This document shows, in pieces, positions 1-12,475 of a stretch of DNA of 64,000 nucleotides; the first letter of the stretch is position 1; each line of letters starts with the position of its first letter. The translations under genes were made by a program, and so were the position numbers. The DNA lies in assembly GCA_902492015.1 (NCBI GenBank), contig CABUJR010000008.1, forward strand, positions 33,509 through 97,508. Direction: 5' to 3'. The DNA is from an uncultured Eubacteriales bacterium. GTDB taxonomy: Bacteria > Bacillota > Clostridia > TANB77 > CAG-508. The notes under the pieces are model-generated. The model saw only the letters and a program-made list of their open reading frames with translations. It was not told the origin of the DNA and searched no databases.

Positions 1-512
1 GAAAATTTAATAGCATTTATGGTGAAGGTGTTTTAAAAGAACCTGAAGCAGTTTTATCAACTACTAAAAGAATAAAAGGTTTAGATGGAAATGAAAAAAT
101 GGGAAAATCACTTGGAAATGCTATTTATTTATCAGATAGTGAAGAAGAGATAACAAGAAAGGTTATGGGAGCAGTAACAGATCCTAATAGAATAAAAAAA
201 GATGATTTAGGAAATCCTGATATTTGTATGGTAGCTTATTATCATAATTTATTTTCTAGTAAAGAAGCTTGCACTAAAGCTTGTGAAGAATGTAGAGCTG
301 GAAAAAGAGGATGTGTTGCATGTAAAAAAGAACTTGCAAACAATATTATAGAGGCTTTAAGACCAATAAGAGAAAAGAGAAAATATTATGAAGAGCATAT
401 TGAAGAAGTGGATAGAATTTTAAAAGAAGGAACTGAAAAAGCTAGAAAAACAGCAAAAGAAACTATGAAAAAAGTAAAAAAAGCAATGATGCTAGATTAT
501 TTTGAAGAATAA
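1..512 (+). CDS. trpS: tryptophanyl-tRNA synthetase, C-terminal part (gene starts upstream of window)
   Basis: Frame continues from window edge; KMGKS (KMSKS-class) motif; AVTDPN and LRPIRE C-terminal TrpRS motifs; Cys-rich insertion. Confidence 0.8.
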   Translation, partial: KFNSIYGEGVLKEPEAVLSTTKRIKGLDGNEKMGKSLGNAIYLSDSEEEITRKVMGAVTDPNRIKKDDLGNPDICMVAYYHNLFSSKEACTKACEECRAGKRGCVACKKELANNIIEALRPIREKRKYYEEHIEEVDRILKEGTEKARKTAKETMKKVKKAMMLDYFEE

Positions 513-540
513 ATTTTATATATAAAGTAGAGGATAAGTT

Positions 541-894
541 ATGAAAGAATATGTAAAAAGGTTTTCTAAAGCGCCAGATTTTAAACAAAAAGGTTTTGAT
601 GGCTATATAGCTAAAATAGATAATCAAAATATAAGTATTACATTTGAAGATGTTCATAAAGGACATGATAAATATTGTACAAATACAAAAATTACTCATA
701 TATATTATGTGATTTCAGGAAAAGGTAAGTTTAAAATTGATGAAAATATTTATGAAGTAGAAGAAAATGATATTATTGAAATTCCAGCAAACACTAAGTT
801 TATATTTGCTGGAGAAATGAAACTTTTATTAATAATGAATCCAAAATTTGATAAAACAACAGAAATAATTGGAGAAGATAATGATTTATATTAA
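541..894 (+). CDS. cupin-domain protein
   Basis: 117 aa; His-containing cupin-like beta-barrel motifs (HKGHDKY...ITHIYYVISGKG...IPANTKF). Confidence 0.45.
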   Translation: MKEYVKRFSKAPDFKQKGFDGYIAKIDNQNISITFEDVHKGHDKYCTNTKITHIYYVISGKGKFKIDENIYEVEENDIIEIPANTKFIFAGEMKLLLIMNPKFDKTTEIIGEDNDLY

Positions 895-906
895 AAAATA
901 ATTTGA

Positions 907-3478
<2,572 letters not shown>

Positions 3479-3492
3479 ATAAAACTTTTGTT

Positions 3493-3560
3493 TGACAAAC
3501 AAAATGTTTTGTGATAATATACATTTGTAATAAGAACAAAGTTTCGTTGAAAGGAAATAA
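3493..3560 (+). promoter_or_regulatory. lexA promoter (TTGACA-17-TAATAT) with overlapping palindromes and GAAC-N4-TTTC LexA-box-like site
   Basis: ttgtttgACAAACAA 15-bp palindrome over -35; ACAAAAtgTTTTGT; agAACAaagtTTCg just upstream of RBS. Confidence 0.45.
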
Positions 3561-3563
3561 AAA

Positions 3564-4223
3564 ATGAGAAAAAAAGACCCAAATTCACTTAATAAAAGAG
3601 AAAAAGCAATATTAAAATTTATAGAAAAACAAATAGCTATAAATGGTTATCCACCATCTGTTAGAGAAATAGGCAAAGCTGTAGATTTAAAATCAACAGC
3701 AACAGTTCATGGATATATATCTTCATTAGAAAAGAAAGGTTATATACAAAAAGAAAGTCAAAAAGGTAGAACTTTAAAATTATTAAAAGGTGGAGCAGTA
3801 GAAGGAGACCAAATTTCTTTTGATAAAGAAGTATATTCAAGTAAAGAAATGGTTGATGTACCAGTAATAGGAAAAATTACAGCTGGTGAACCTATTTTGG
3901 CTGTCGAAAATGTTACAGATACTTTTCCAATTCCATTGGACTTTGTTGGAACAGGTGAAAGTTTCATGCTTACAGTTAGAGGCGAAAGCATGATTGAAGC
4001 TGGAATTTTAGATGGTGATTATATATTAGTTAGAAAACAAAATACAGCGAATAATGGAGAAATAGTAGTAGCTTTAATAGGAGATGAAGCAACAGTTAAG
4101 ACTTTTTATAAAGAAAAAGACCATATAAGATTACAACCAGAAAATTCTACAATGGATCCAATAATAGTTCCAACTTGTCAAATATTAGGAAAAGTTTCAG
4201 GAGTATTTAGAAAAATAAGATAG
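3564..4223 (+). CDS. lexA: LexA repressor
   Basis: N-terminal winged HTH, Ala-Gly cleavage site (ITAGEP), Ser/Lys dyad of S24 peptidase (GESM ... VKTF). Confidence 0.9.
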   Translation: MRKKDPNSLNKREKAILKFIEKQIAINGYPPSVREIGKAVDLKSTATVHGYISSLEKKGYIQKESQKGRTLKLLKGGAVEGDQISFDKEVYSSKEMVDVPVIGKITAGEPILAVENVTDTFPIPLDFVGTGESFMLTVRGESMIEAGILDGDYILVRKQNTANNGEIVVALIGDEATVKTFYKEKDHIRLQPENSTMDPIIVPTCQILGKVSGVFRKIR

Positions 4224-4336
4224 ATAATCTGATGTTAGAGGAAAATAATTTATAAAAAATCAAAAAAACTAATATACAAAAAGTAAATTAAGAAAACTAT
4301 AAGTGATAAAAGTAGGTAAAAATAAAATTCTAAATA

Positions 4337-4375
4337 AAAAATATAGATATAATATAAAATTATATCTATATTTTT
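4337..4375. terminator. bidirectional hairpin terminator between lexA and folC
   Basis: AAAATATAGATATAAT ataaa ATTATATCTATATTTT inverted repeat flanked by A/T runs. Confidence 0.5.
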
Positions 4376-4400
4376 TATCTAATAGGAAAGTTTGCTTAAA

Positions 4401-5687
4401 TTATATTATATCTTTTAATAATTTGTAGGTATAAAAACTTCCTACAACAAAATTAAAATCTGAATTTACATTTTTTATAGCATCAGCAAAATCACTTGTT
4501 TTCAATAAATTAGCAGATTTTAAAGTTTTAGCAAATTCACATAAAATTTCTTTTGATATAAATTTTTCTTCTTTAGTTCCATCTGTAAATATAAAAGTAG
4601 AATTTGGAAAAGCAGTACACAATTTTGTTAAGATAGATTTATAATCTTTATTTTTTATTATTGAAATTATAAAAGTTTTTGTACAATTAGTATTTATATA
4701 ATCATTTATTATATTAATAAAATTATCTATTGCGCTACTATTATGTGCTCCATCATATATAATATTTGGATTTTCTGATAATATTTCAAATCTAGCGGGA
4801 TGAATAATACCATTTAAAGATTGTTTTATATTTTCTTCTGAAATCTCAAATCCTTTTTTATTTAAGATTTTTAAGGTCTCTAAAACTACACAAGCATTTT
4901 CAATTTGCTTATTTCCTAATAAGTTTAATTTTATGTCTTTGAAATTTTTATAATCAAAACTCTGATATAATGTTTTTAAAGAATGTGTATCTTTATAAAT
5001 ATTATGATATATGTTAGATATATCTTTGGAATTTACAATATGTAATTTATTATTTTTTTCTTTACAAATTTTTCTTATTATATTATCTATATTTTTTTGA
5101 TTAAATTTTATTGTATCTGAATTTTCTTTAATTATTCCAGCCTTTTGAATAGCAATTTCTTGAATAGTATTTCCAAGTATATTAGTGTGATCTAAAGAAA
5201 TACTTCCAAGAATTGAAATTGAATTTTGAATAATATTTGTACAGTCAAATAATCCACCTAGCCCAACTTCTAAAACAACAATATCACAATTATTGTTAAA
5301 AAAATATAGTAGAGCAAGAGTGGTTTCAATTTCAAAACGAGATGGTTTTAAGTTAAAAGTTTTAATATATTTTTTAACAAGTTTATCTATTAAAGGAATA
5401 TAGTAATTTTCATCGTCTTCAGAAAAATAATTATTATTAATACAAATAGATTCATTTAAAGTTAAAAGATAAGGTGAAATAAATTTTCCTACTTTATAAC
5501 CAGAAGTAATTAGCACTTTATTTAACATTTCACAGATACTACCTTTTCCATTTGTTCCAGCAATATGAATAAATTTTAGTTTTTTTTCTGGATGATTAAG
5601 TTCTTCCATAAACCAATTCATTGCATTCAAATTGGGTTTATCTGAAGTCATAAATTCAAAATTAGATATATATTGGTCTAGTGTCAT
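4401..5687 (-). CDS. folC: folylpolyglutamate synthase/dihydrofolate synthase
   Basis: Mur ligase family P-loop IHIAGTNGKGS; length 428 aa; FolC-like C-terminal domain. Confidence 0.85.
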   Translation of the reverse strand: MTLDQYISNFEFMTSDKPNLNAMNWFMEELNHPEKKLKFIHIAGTNGKGSICEMLNKVLITSGYKVGKFISPYLLTLNESICINNNYFSEDDENYYIPLIDKLVKKYIKTFNLKPSRFEIETTLALLYFFNNNCDIVVLEVGLGGLFDCTNIIQNSISILGSISLDHTNILGNTIQEIAIQKAGIIKENSDTIKFNQKNIDNIIRKICKEKNNKLHIVNSKDISNIYHNIYKDTHSLKTLYQSFDYKNFKDIKLNLLGNKQIENACVVLETLKILNKKGFEISEENIKQSLNGIIHPARFEILSENPNIIYDGAHNSSAIDNFINIINDYINTNCTKTFIISIIKNKDYKSILTKLCTAFPNSTFIFTDGTKEEKFISKEILCEFAKTLKSANLLKTSDFADAIKNVNSDFNFVVGSFYTYKLLKDII

Positions 5688-5718
5688 ATTATCTCCTTAT
5701 ATTCAATTTTTATAATGT

Positions 5719-6291
5719 TTACTTTTGTTCTTCTGAAAAACCTTTAGCTTTTAAAGCAATTTCTAAATCATTAGTTCTTTTAAAAATAGAAGTTAATAGT
5801 ATTTTAAAAGTATATTTAATGCTGCTTAAAAAACTTGTACAAGATTTAGCCTTTAAAGCATTTCTTGTTTCATTGAAGTCTCTTATAAGAGTTGGAATAA
5901 AAGTAATTGCAATATTTATTATTAAACTAATGTCAGTAGGTGAAATACCAAAAATTTTTAATGGAAAAAATAATGTTTCAATAGCTTTTATTATATTTGT
6001 AGTTCCAACTATGGCTTTAAAAATATATGTTATATTACATACTAAAATTAATTTAAAAGTAATTAAAAATGCTTCAAATAAACTGCCAAAAAATAAATTA
6101 AATATTCCAGTTATCAAAATAAAAGGCATTAAAAAAAGTAGATTAGTAAAAGCCTTTTTTAATGAAACTTTAAAACTAATCATTATAATAAAATTTATTA
6201 GTAATATAATAATTGCCAATACTAAATTTTGTATAGCAAATATAAAAAGCACATAAATTATAAAAATTAAAAACAAGATAAAATTTAACAA
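5719..6291 (-). CDS. ecfT: ECF transporter transmembrane (T) component
   Basis: CbiQ/EcfT-like polytopic protein with conserved Arg/Asp coupling region (RTNDLEIALKAKGF). Confidence 0.75.
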   Translation of the reverse strand: MLNFILFLIFIIYVLFIFAIQNLVLAIIILLINFIIMISFKVSLKKAFTNLLFLMPFILITGIFNLFFGSLFEAFLITFKLILVCNITYIFKAIVGTTNIIKAIETLFFPLKIFGISPTDISLIINIAITFIPTLIRDFNETRNALKAKSCTSFLSSIKYTFKILLTSIFKRTNDLEIALKAKGFSEEQK

Positions 6292-6361
6292 AATATACTC
6301 CTAAAATGATTATTAAAAATTATTAAATAAATAAAAATTAGAATTATTTCTTAAAATCTTA

Positions 6362-7174
6362 TTAGTCTAAAGATTTTTTTATTTCTTTTGCAATGGTATC
6401 TAAAGAAAAATTCTCCAAATCAATATTAATATTATCTTGGTGCAGTTTGATAAGTATAGAAACAATACCAGGTGCCATAAAATCTTTTAATAAATTTAAG
6501 TTTTCAAATAAATCTTTTTTATAGAAAACTTTTTTAATATTACCTTTATCGAATAAAATGATTTTATCAGCAAGTAAAATTTCATCTATAAAATTAGTTA
6601 CAAAAATAACAGTAGTACCAGTTTGTTTTAGATTTTTTAAAGTTTCATAAATTGAAACTTTACTCATTGGGTCAAGCATTGTTGTAGGTTCGTCTAAAAT
6701 CAATATACTTGGATTTATAGCAAGAGCCGATGCTATAGCAATTTTTTGTTTTTGACCAAGTGAAAGCTCATTTGTTGATGAATTTTTAAAGTTTAACATA
6801 TCTACTTTTTCTAAAGCTTTTTCTATTCGGGTATCAAATTCAGAATAGGAAATATGTAAATTTTTTAAAGAGAAAGCTATATCATCATAAACTTTATCAA
6901 AAACAATTTGATTTTCCGGATTTTGAAATACAATTCCAACTTTTTCTCTTATTTTTAAAAAATTTTTCTTATCTTTTAAAGAAATATTATCTATAATAAT
7001 ATTTCCTGTTTTAAATTTTGTAAGACCAGCTAAAAGCTTAGAAAAAGTGGACTTTCCAGAACCGTTTTTACCAATTATACATACAAATTCTCCATCTAAA
7101 ATTTCAAGGTTTAAGTTAGAGATTTCAAATTGACTAGTTTTAAATTTATAATTTAAGTTATCTATTTTTATCAT
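6362..7174 (-). CDS. ecfA: ECF transporter ATPase (A) component
   Basis: Walker A GKNGSGKST, ABC signature LSLGQKQ, Walker B ILILDEP; 270 aa. Confidence 0.8.
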   Translation of the reverse strand: MIKIDNLNYKFKTSQFEISNLNLEILDGEFVCIIGKNGSGKSTFSKLLAGLTKFKTGNIIIDNISLKDKKNFLKIREKVGIVFQNPENQIVFDKVYDDIAFSLKNLHISYSEFDTRIEKALEKVDMLNFKNSSTNELSLGQKQKIAIASALAINPSILILDEPTTMLDPMSKVSIYETLKNLKQTGTTVIFVTNFIDEILLADKIILFDKGNIKKVFYKKDLFENLNLLKDFMAPGIVSILIKLHQDNINIDLENFSLDTIAKEIKKSLD

Positions 7175-7276
7175 AATAAAATCCTTTAATTAGCAATTAA
7201 TTTACCAAGCTAAATTTTATAAAATTAAAAATTAACGAGGTTAAGTAAAATGATTAATTGTGAAATTTATAAGTAA

Positions 7277-7807
7277 TTAATCATCTACAATTAAGTATTT
7301 GTTTGTAAGTTCAATAATATACTTAGACAAAAAATACATTACTATAATTTGAATAGGAAGCATTATAAGTTTTGTTACAAATCTTGTTGATAAAATAGCA
7401 AGAAAAGCACTTCCATACAAGAAATGTAACATTAAACTCATAAGTAAAAGTTCTATGACTCCTAGTACTAAAATACTACTTATAGTAAGTCTAAAAATTA
7501 ATTGTTTACCTGTGAAAAAGCCATCTTTTTTGTGAAGAATTAGACCATACACAAGTCCAACTAAACCTTGAATAATTGTGAATCCCACAAAATATTCACC
7601 AAAAGGGAATAAGAGTGCACCTATTAAATCTCCTAATGCTGCAATTAAACATGAATATAATGGTCCAAGTAAATAAGCAGAAATCATAATAGGTAAAAAG
7701 CTTAAACTAATTACGAGAATAGGTGTTTTTATAGAAACAAATCTTGATAGTACAAGTAATAGTCCAAGTAATAAACCAGCTAATATTATTTTTTTTGTTT
7801 TAGACAT
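7277..7807 (-). CDS. ECF transporter substrate-specific (S) component, probably folate family (FolT-like)
   Basis: 176-aa six-helix membrane protein at the head of an S-A-T-folC operon; size and hydropathy fit ECF S components. Confidence 0.5.
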   Translation of the reverse strand: MSKTKKIILAGLLLGLLLVLSRFVSIKTPILVISLSFLPIMISAYLLGPLYSCLIAALGDLIGALLFPFGEYFVGFTIIQGLVGLVYGLILHKKDGFFTGKQLIFRLTISSILVLGVIELLLMSLMLHFLYGSAFLAILSTRFVTKLIMLPIQIIVMYFLSKYIIELTNKYLIVDD

Positions 7808-7923
7808 AAGTAAACTCCTTTTATTAATAATTTATTTATATATTTAATATTTCAATTTGATTAAAATAATTTATTTATCTTAAAATTAAATTTAAATTTA
7901 ATTTTATATCTATTTAAATAAAT

Positions 7924-10263
7924 TTATTTTAACTCAACTATTGTAACCCCCATTTCACCTTCGCCAAAGGTTCCAAGTCTGAAGCTTTTTACATGAGGAT
8001 GATTTTTTAAAAATTTATGGATACCACTGCGAAGTGCACCAGTACCTTTTCCATGGATAATTCTAGTTGAAGATAAACCATTTAATGTACAATTATCTAA
8101 AAATTTATCAATTTCAAAACAAGCTTCTTCAACAGTTTGTCCAAGAACATTAATTTCAGTTGAAATTGCTTTTGGCTTGAAAGATTTCTTATTAGAATAA
8201 TCTATTTTCACTTGTTTTTTCTCTTTTAGAGAATTTCTTGATATATCTAATTCTTGAACTTCAAAAAACATTTTTCCAAGAGGTAATTGTACTTGAATTT
8301 TACCTTCTTTAGAAATAGATAGGACAGTACCATCTTGTTTTAGCTTTTTTACAAATACTTCCATACCAACTTTTAATTGGTCTAAAGTTATTGAAGAAGA
8401 GGTATCAGAAGAATTTGTAATATTTAAATCATCAATTTTTTGATTTAATCTATTTCTTAATTTATTAGAAGTTTTATTATTAGAAGAATTTTCTATTTCT
8501 TTTATAATTTTATTTGCATCTTCTTTAGCTGATATTAAAATATCTCTAGCTTGCTCTTTGGCTTTATTTATAATATCTTTTTCTTTATTTTCAAGCTTTG
8601 AAAAATCAACTTCAAGAGAGCTTTTTAAATTTTCAATTCTTTTAGAATTTTCCAAAGTTTTTTGTTTTTCTTGTTCGATAGCTCTTTTGTCTTCATAAAT
8701 GTTAGTAAGCAATTCTTCAATATTTATTTTATCTGTATCAATGAATTCTTTAGCTCTATCAAGTATTTCTTCTGGAATTCCTAGCTTTCGACTAATTGCA
8801 AAAGCATTACTAGCTCCAGGAACACCAAGTAAAAGTTTGTAGGTAGGAGATAGAGTTTCAATATCAAATTCAACACTTGCATTTTCAAAACCTTCTGTAG
8901 TTAATGCAAAATGTTTGATTTCAGGATAATGTGTTGTTGATAATGTTAAACAATTTATTGAATTAAGTTTTTCTAAAATACTTATTGCTAAACTAGATCC
9001 TTCAACAGGGTCAGTACCAGAACCAAGTTCATCTATAAGTACAAAACTATTTTCAGTTGCTTCTTTTAAAATATTGGCAATATTAGTAATATGAGAAGAG
9101 AATGTACTTAGAGAATCAGCTATGCTTTGGTCATCACCAATATCAGCAAAAATATTATCAGCAATATAGACACAGCTTCCTTCTTTTGCTGTTATATGAA
9201 GACCGCTCATTGCCATTAGCATTAGTATACCTGCTGTTTTTAAAGTTACTGTTTTTCCTCCAGTATTTGGTCCAGTTATTATTAAAGTATTATATTTGTC
9301 ACCAATAGGAATTGTATTTTTTACAGCAATATTTTTACTAATTAATGGGTGCCAAGCATTAATTAAATTAATAATTTTTTTATCGCTTATAATTGGCTCT
9401 GAAGCATCTAAGAAATTTGAATATTTTGCTTTTGCAAAAATGAAATCTATAAGTCCAATTAAATTAACATCATTTTCTAGATTTGGAATAATGTCAAAAA
9501 ATAATGAAGAAAGTTTTTGTAAAATTTTTTCTATTTCAATTTGCTCTTCATTTTTTAAGTTGTTTAAATCATTATTTAAATCAAAAATTGATATAGGTTC
9601 AATAAATACAGTTGAACCACTAGAAGAAATATCATGTATAAACCCTTTAATTTCTTGGCGATATTCATTTTTTACAGGAATAACGAAACGCCCGCTTCTC
9701 ATTGTAATAACTGCTTCTTGTATATATTTAGAATGTAAAAAAGAATTCAATTTTGAACGTATTTCTTGTTCTTTATTTCTTAAATTTTTTCTAATATTTG
9801 ATAGTTCTTTTGAAGCAGTATCTGAAATAGTGTTTTCATCAATAATAGCTGAATTTATTGATTTTTCAATAGATGGATTTATATATAAGTTATTAAATAA
9901 ATTGGTAAGATTTACAAATTCAGACATATCAATTTCTGTACTAAAAAAATAGTCTTTTAAATTAGCTGATGTTTTTAAAATATTTGATAAATCTAATAAT
10001 TGATTAATATTTAAAAATAAACCACTATTTAATTTTTTTATATGTGATGTGATATTTTCAATTTCAGATATTGGAGCAGAACCTTTTCTATACAAAAGTA
10101 TAGAAGCTTCTGTAGTTTGCTTTTGAGCTTTAACAATTTCAGATTTATTTTCTAAAGGTTTTAAATTATTTGCATATTCTTTACCAATAAAAGTAATGGC
10201 ATAATCTTTTAATATATCACAAATTTTATTAAATTCTAATTTTTCTAATGTTTTTAAATTCAT
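7924..10263 (-). CDS. mutS2: endonuclease MutS2
   Basis: MutS domain V Walker A (GPNTGGKTV), C-terminal Smr domain (RIIHGKGTGALR); 779 aa. Confidence 0.9.
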   Translation of the reverse strand: MNLKTLEKLEFNKICDILKDYAITFIGKEYANNLKPLENKSEIVKAQKQTTEASILLYRKGSAPISEIENITSHIKKLNSGLFLNINQLLDLSNILKTSANLKDYFFSTEIDMSEFVNLTNLFNNLYINPSIEKSINSAIIDENTISDTASKELSNIRKNLRNKEQEIRSKLNSFLHSKYIQEAVITMRSGRFVIPVKNEYRQEIKGFIHDISSSGSTVFIEPISIFDLNNDLNNLKNEEQIEIEKILQKLSSLFFDIIPNLENDVNLIGLIDFIFAKAKYSNFLDASEPIISDKKIINLINAWHPLISKNIAVKNTIPIGDKYNTLIITGPNTGGKTVTLKTAGILMLMAMSGLHITAKEGSCVYIADNIFADIGDDQSIADSLSTFSSHITNIANILKEATENSFVLIDELGSGTDPVEGSSLAISILEKLNSINCLTLSTTHYPEIKHFALTTEGFENASVEFDIETLSPTYKLLLGVPGASNAFAISRKLGIPEEILDRAKEFIDTDKINIEELLTNIYEDKRAIEQEKQKTLENSKRIENLKSSLEVDFSKLENKEKDIINKAKEQARDILISAKEDANKIIKEIENSSNNKTSNKLRNRLNQKIDDLNITNSSDTSSSITLDQLKVGMEVFVKKLKQDGTVLSISKEGKIQVQLPLGKMFFEVQELDISRNSLKEKKQVKIDYSNKKSFKPKAISTEINVLGQTVEEACFEIDKFLDNCTLNGLSSTRIIHGKGTGALRSGIHKFLKNHPHVKSFRLGTFGEGEMGVTIVELK

Positions 10264-10477
10264 AACAAATCCTTTAAATAATTAAATTTTACGCATATTA
10301 TAATAACATAAAATTGTAGAAAAATAAAGGCTTTATCATATAAAAGATATGCTTTTAAAGCTTAATATATAAAATGTAATAAATGATTAAAGGTATAAAT
10401 GATAAAATAATTAACCAATTTTCGCCATTTTTTTAATTGAATAAAATGATAGGTTATATATAATAGCTATTGATTTT

Positions 10478-11008
10478 ATGTATCTTTTTGAATACAATAC
10501 TCATAATAAGGAGAAAGAAATGCTAGTAACACAAATAAGAAGTATACTAAGAAATAAAGTTAATAGAATATATATAATTCTATCTTCTATTTTTTTCATA
10601 GTGCTAAATTTAGGGATAAATTTTCAAACAGTTTTAGATATATATTGTAATATAAAAGTTTATAAAGCTTTTATATTTGAAATTATTAAATATATTGTTA
10701 TATTAATAATATCTATTATGTATTTCTTAAGTTATAGAAAAATTATAAAAAATGAATTAATAAATATGAAGATACTTAGAAGTAATGGATATTCAAATAA
10801 GCAAATACAAAAAATAATGTTTTTTAGTTTATCTTTGATAACAATAATGGGAGATATAATAGCATTTGGTGTATTAAGCTTTATACTATATATTAAAAAT
10901 TTAAGTATTTTTGATTATGTAAATATTCGTATTTTCTCAATTAATTTATTAACTGTTATGATTCCATTAAGTGTAAATATTATTACAAAATTAAAGAAAG
11001 TTAATTAA
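10478..11008 (+). CDS. hypothetical membrane protein
   Basis: 176 aa, several hydrophobic helices, no recognisable motif. Confidence 0.35.
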   Translation: MYLFEYNTHNKEKEMLVTQIRSILRNKVNRIYIILSSIFFIVLNLGINFQTVLDIYCNIKVYKAFIFEIIKYIVILIISIMYFLSYRKIIKNELINMKILRSNGYSNKQIQKIMFFSLSLITIMGDIIAFGVLSFILYIKNLSIFDYVNIRIFSINLLTVMIPLSVNIITKLKKVN

Positions 11009-11187
11009 TATAAACTATTAAGATAATAGAATAATATAAGCAAGAAGACACTTATTTTGTATATGTTTTCTATGCTTATATTGCTAGTTGACAAAAATTA
11101 TTTATTGAAATAAAATTTCAATAAATAATAGAAAAAGATAAAATATAGTATTTATAAAACTCAAATAAAATACTTAAAGGAGAAAAA

Positions 11188-12066
11188 ATGATCGATTTAC
11201 ATATTCATAGTACATATTCAGATGGAACTTATTCAGTAAAAGAGATATTAGAAAAAGCGGAAAAGTTAAAACTAAAATATATTTCAATAACAGATCATGA
11301 TAATGCCAAAGCTTATGAAGAACTAAAAGAAATTGATGTAAAAAAATATTTTTCAGGAAAAATTATACCAGGTATTGAAATTAAGACGTTTTATAAAGGA
11401 AGAATTTTAGATTTATTAGGATATAATATAGATACAATAAAAATGCAAGGTTGGCTTAATGAATTTTATAAGGATAAGAAAAGAGAAGATATACAATTAA
11501 AATATTTTGACCATTTATATAAAGCATGTATAAAAACAAATCTAAAAATGACAGACAAAGCTAATTTTGAATGGAATCCTAAAAAAGATTGGGCAACACT
11601 TGAGATTTATTACGATATAAAAAAATATGAGGAAAATAAAGAAAAAGTTCCAGAAGATTTTTGGGAGGACTTTTCAAACTTTAGTAAAAAATATTGTGCA
11701 GATTTTAATAGTGATTTTTATATTGACAAGTCAAATGATTATCCTAAATTAGAAGATGCTATAGAGAAAATACATGAATGCAACGGAAAAGCAATTATTG
11801 CTCATGTATTTATATATAAATGGGCAAAAGATAAAGTTGCTTTTATAAATGATTTGAAAAATAATTACAAAATTGACGGTTTTGAATGTTATCATAGTAA
11901 TTTTTCAGAAACTGAAATTGATTATATGTGTAAATATTGTATAGAGAATAATTTATTAATGTCAGGTGGAAGTGATTGCCATGGAGAAAATAAGCCTGGA
12001 ATTAATTTAGCTGTTGGAAGAGGAAACTTAAATATTAGCGAGGAAATAATAAAAAACTGGATATAA
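11188..12066 (+). CDS. PHP-domain phosphoesterase
   Basis: N-terminal DLHIHSTYSDG ... ITDHD metal-binding motifs of the PHP family. Confidence 0.75.
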   Translation: MIDLHIHSTYSDGTYSVKEILEKAEKLKLKYISITDHDNAKAYEELKEIDVKKYFSGKIIPGIEIKTFYKGRILDLLGYNIDTIKMQGWLNEFYKDKKREDIQLKYFDHLYKACIKTNLKMTDKANFEWNPKKDWATLEIYYDIKKYEENKEKVPEDFWEDFSNFSKKYCADFNSDFYIDKSNDYPKLEDAIEKIHECNGKAIIAHVFIYKWAKDKVAFINDLKNNYKIDGFECYHSNFSETEIDYMCKYCIENNLLMSGGSDCHGENKPGINLAVGRGNLNISEEIIKNWI

Positions 12067-12107
12067 ACATATAAAATCTGCAAAACTTTTTAATAAAAGG
12101 AGAAAAA

Positions 12108-12254
12108 ATGAAAAAAGTTTTTGTATTAATTATAGCTGTAAGTTTAGGTTTACTATTTACTGTATATTTTTTTGCAACGCAAAAGCCATTAAGAAAACAT
12201 GAAGAATTGGAAAATGTTTTTATAGAAGAAAAAGATAAAGAAGAAAATATTTAA
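12108..12254 (+). CDS. small membrane protein (49 aa)
   Basis: aaaggagaaaaaATG RBS; single TM helix then a charged tail; below the ORF-track length cutoff. Confidence 0.3.
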   Translation: MKKVFVLIIAVSLGLLFTVYFFATQKPLRKHEELENVFIEEKDKEENI

Positions 12255-12475
12255 AAACTAAAATAGTAGATACAACTTTTTAATATATTGGAATATAAAA
12301 TAAAAAAGTCCTCTAAACTTTTATTATATAAAGGAACAATAAATATTGTACACAAATTTTATTTTATAAAATTTGTCACTAAAACAAAAACGTGGACATT
12401 ATAAAATTTTTTTCAATTTTTATAATATTCACGTTTGTTCTTTTATTACTATAAATTAATATATTTATATGATTA

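Noticed and set aside
5681-6256. 191-aa plus-strand ORF
   Set aside because: Entirely antisense to the ecfT gene. Its composition (I/K/F-rich) is typical of a shadow ORF in AT-rich DNA.
9102-9952. Two plus-strand ORFs (68 and 218 aa)
   Set aside because: Antisense to mutS2, which has clear motifs. These are shadow ORFs.
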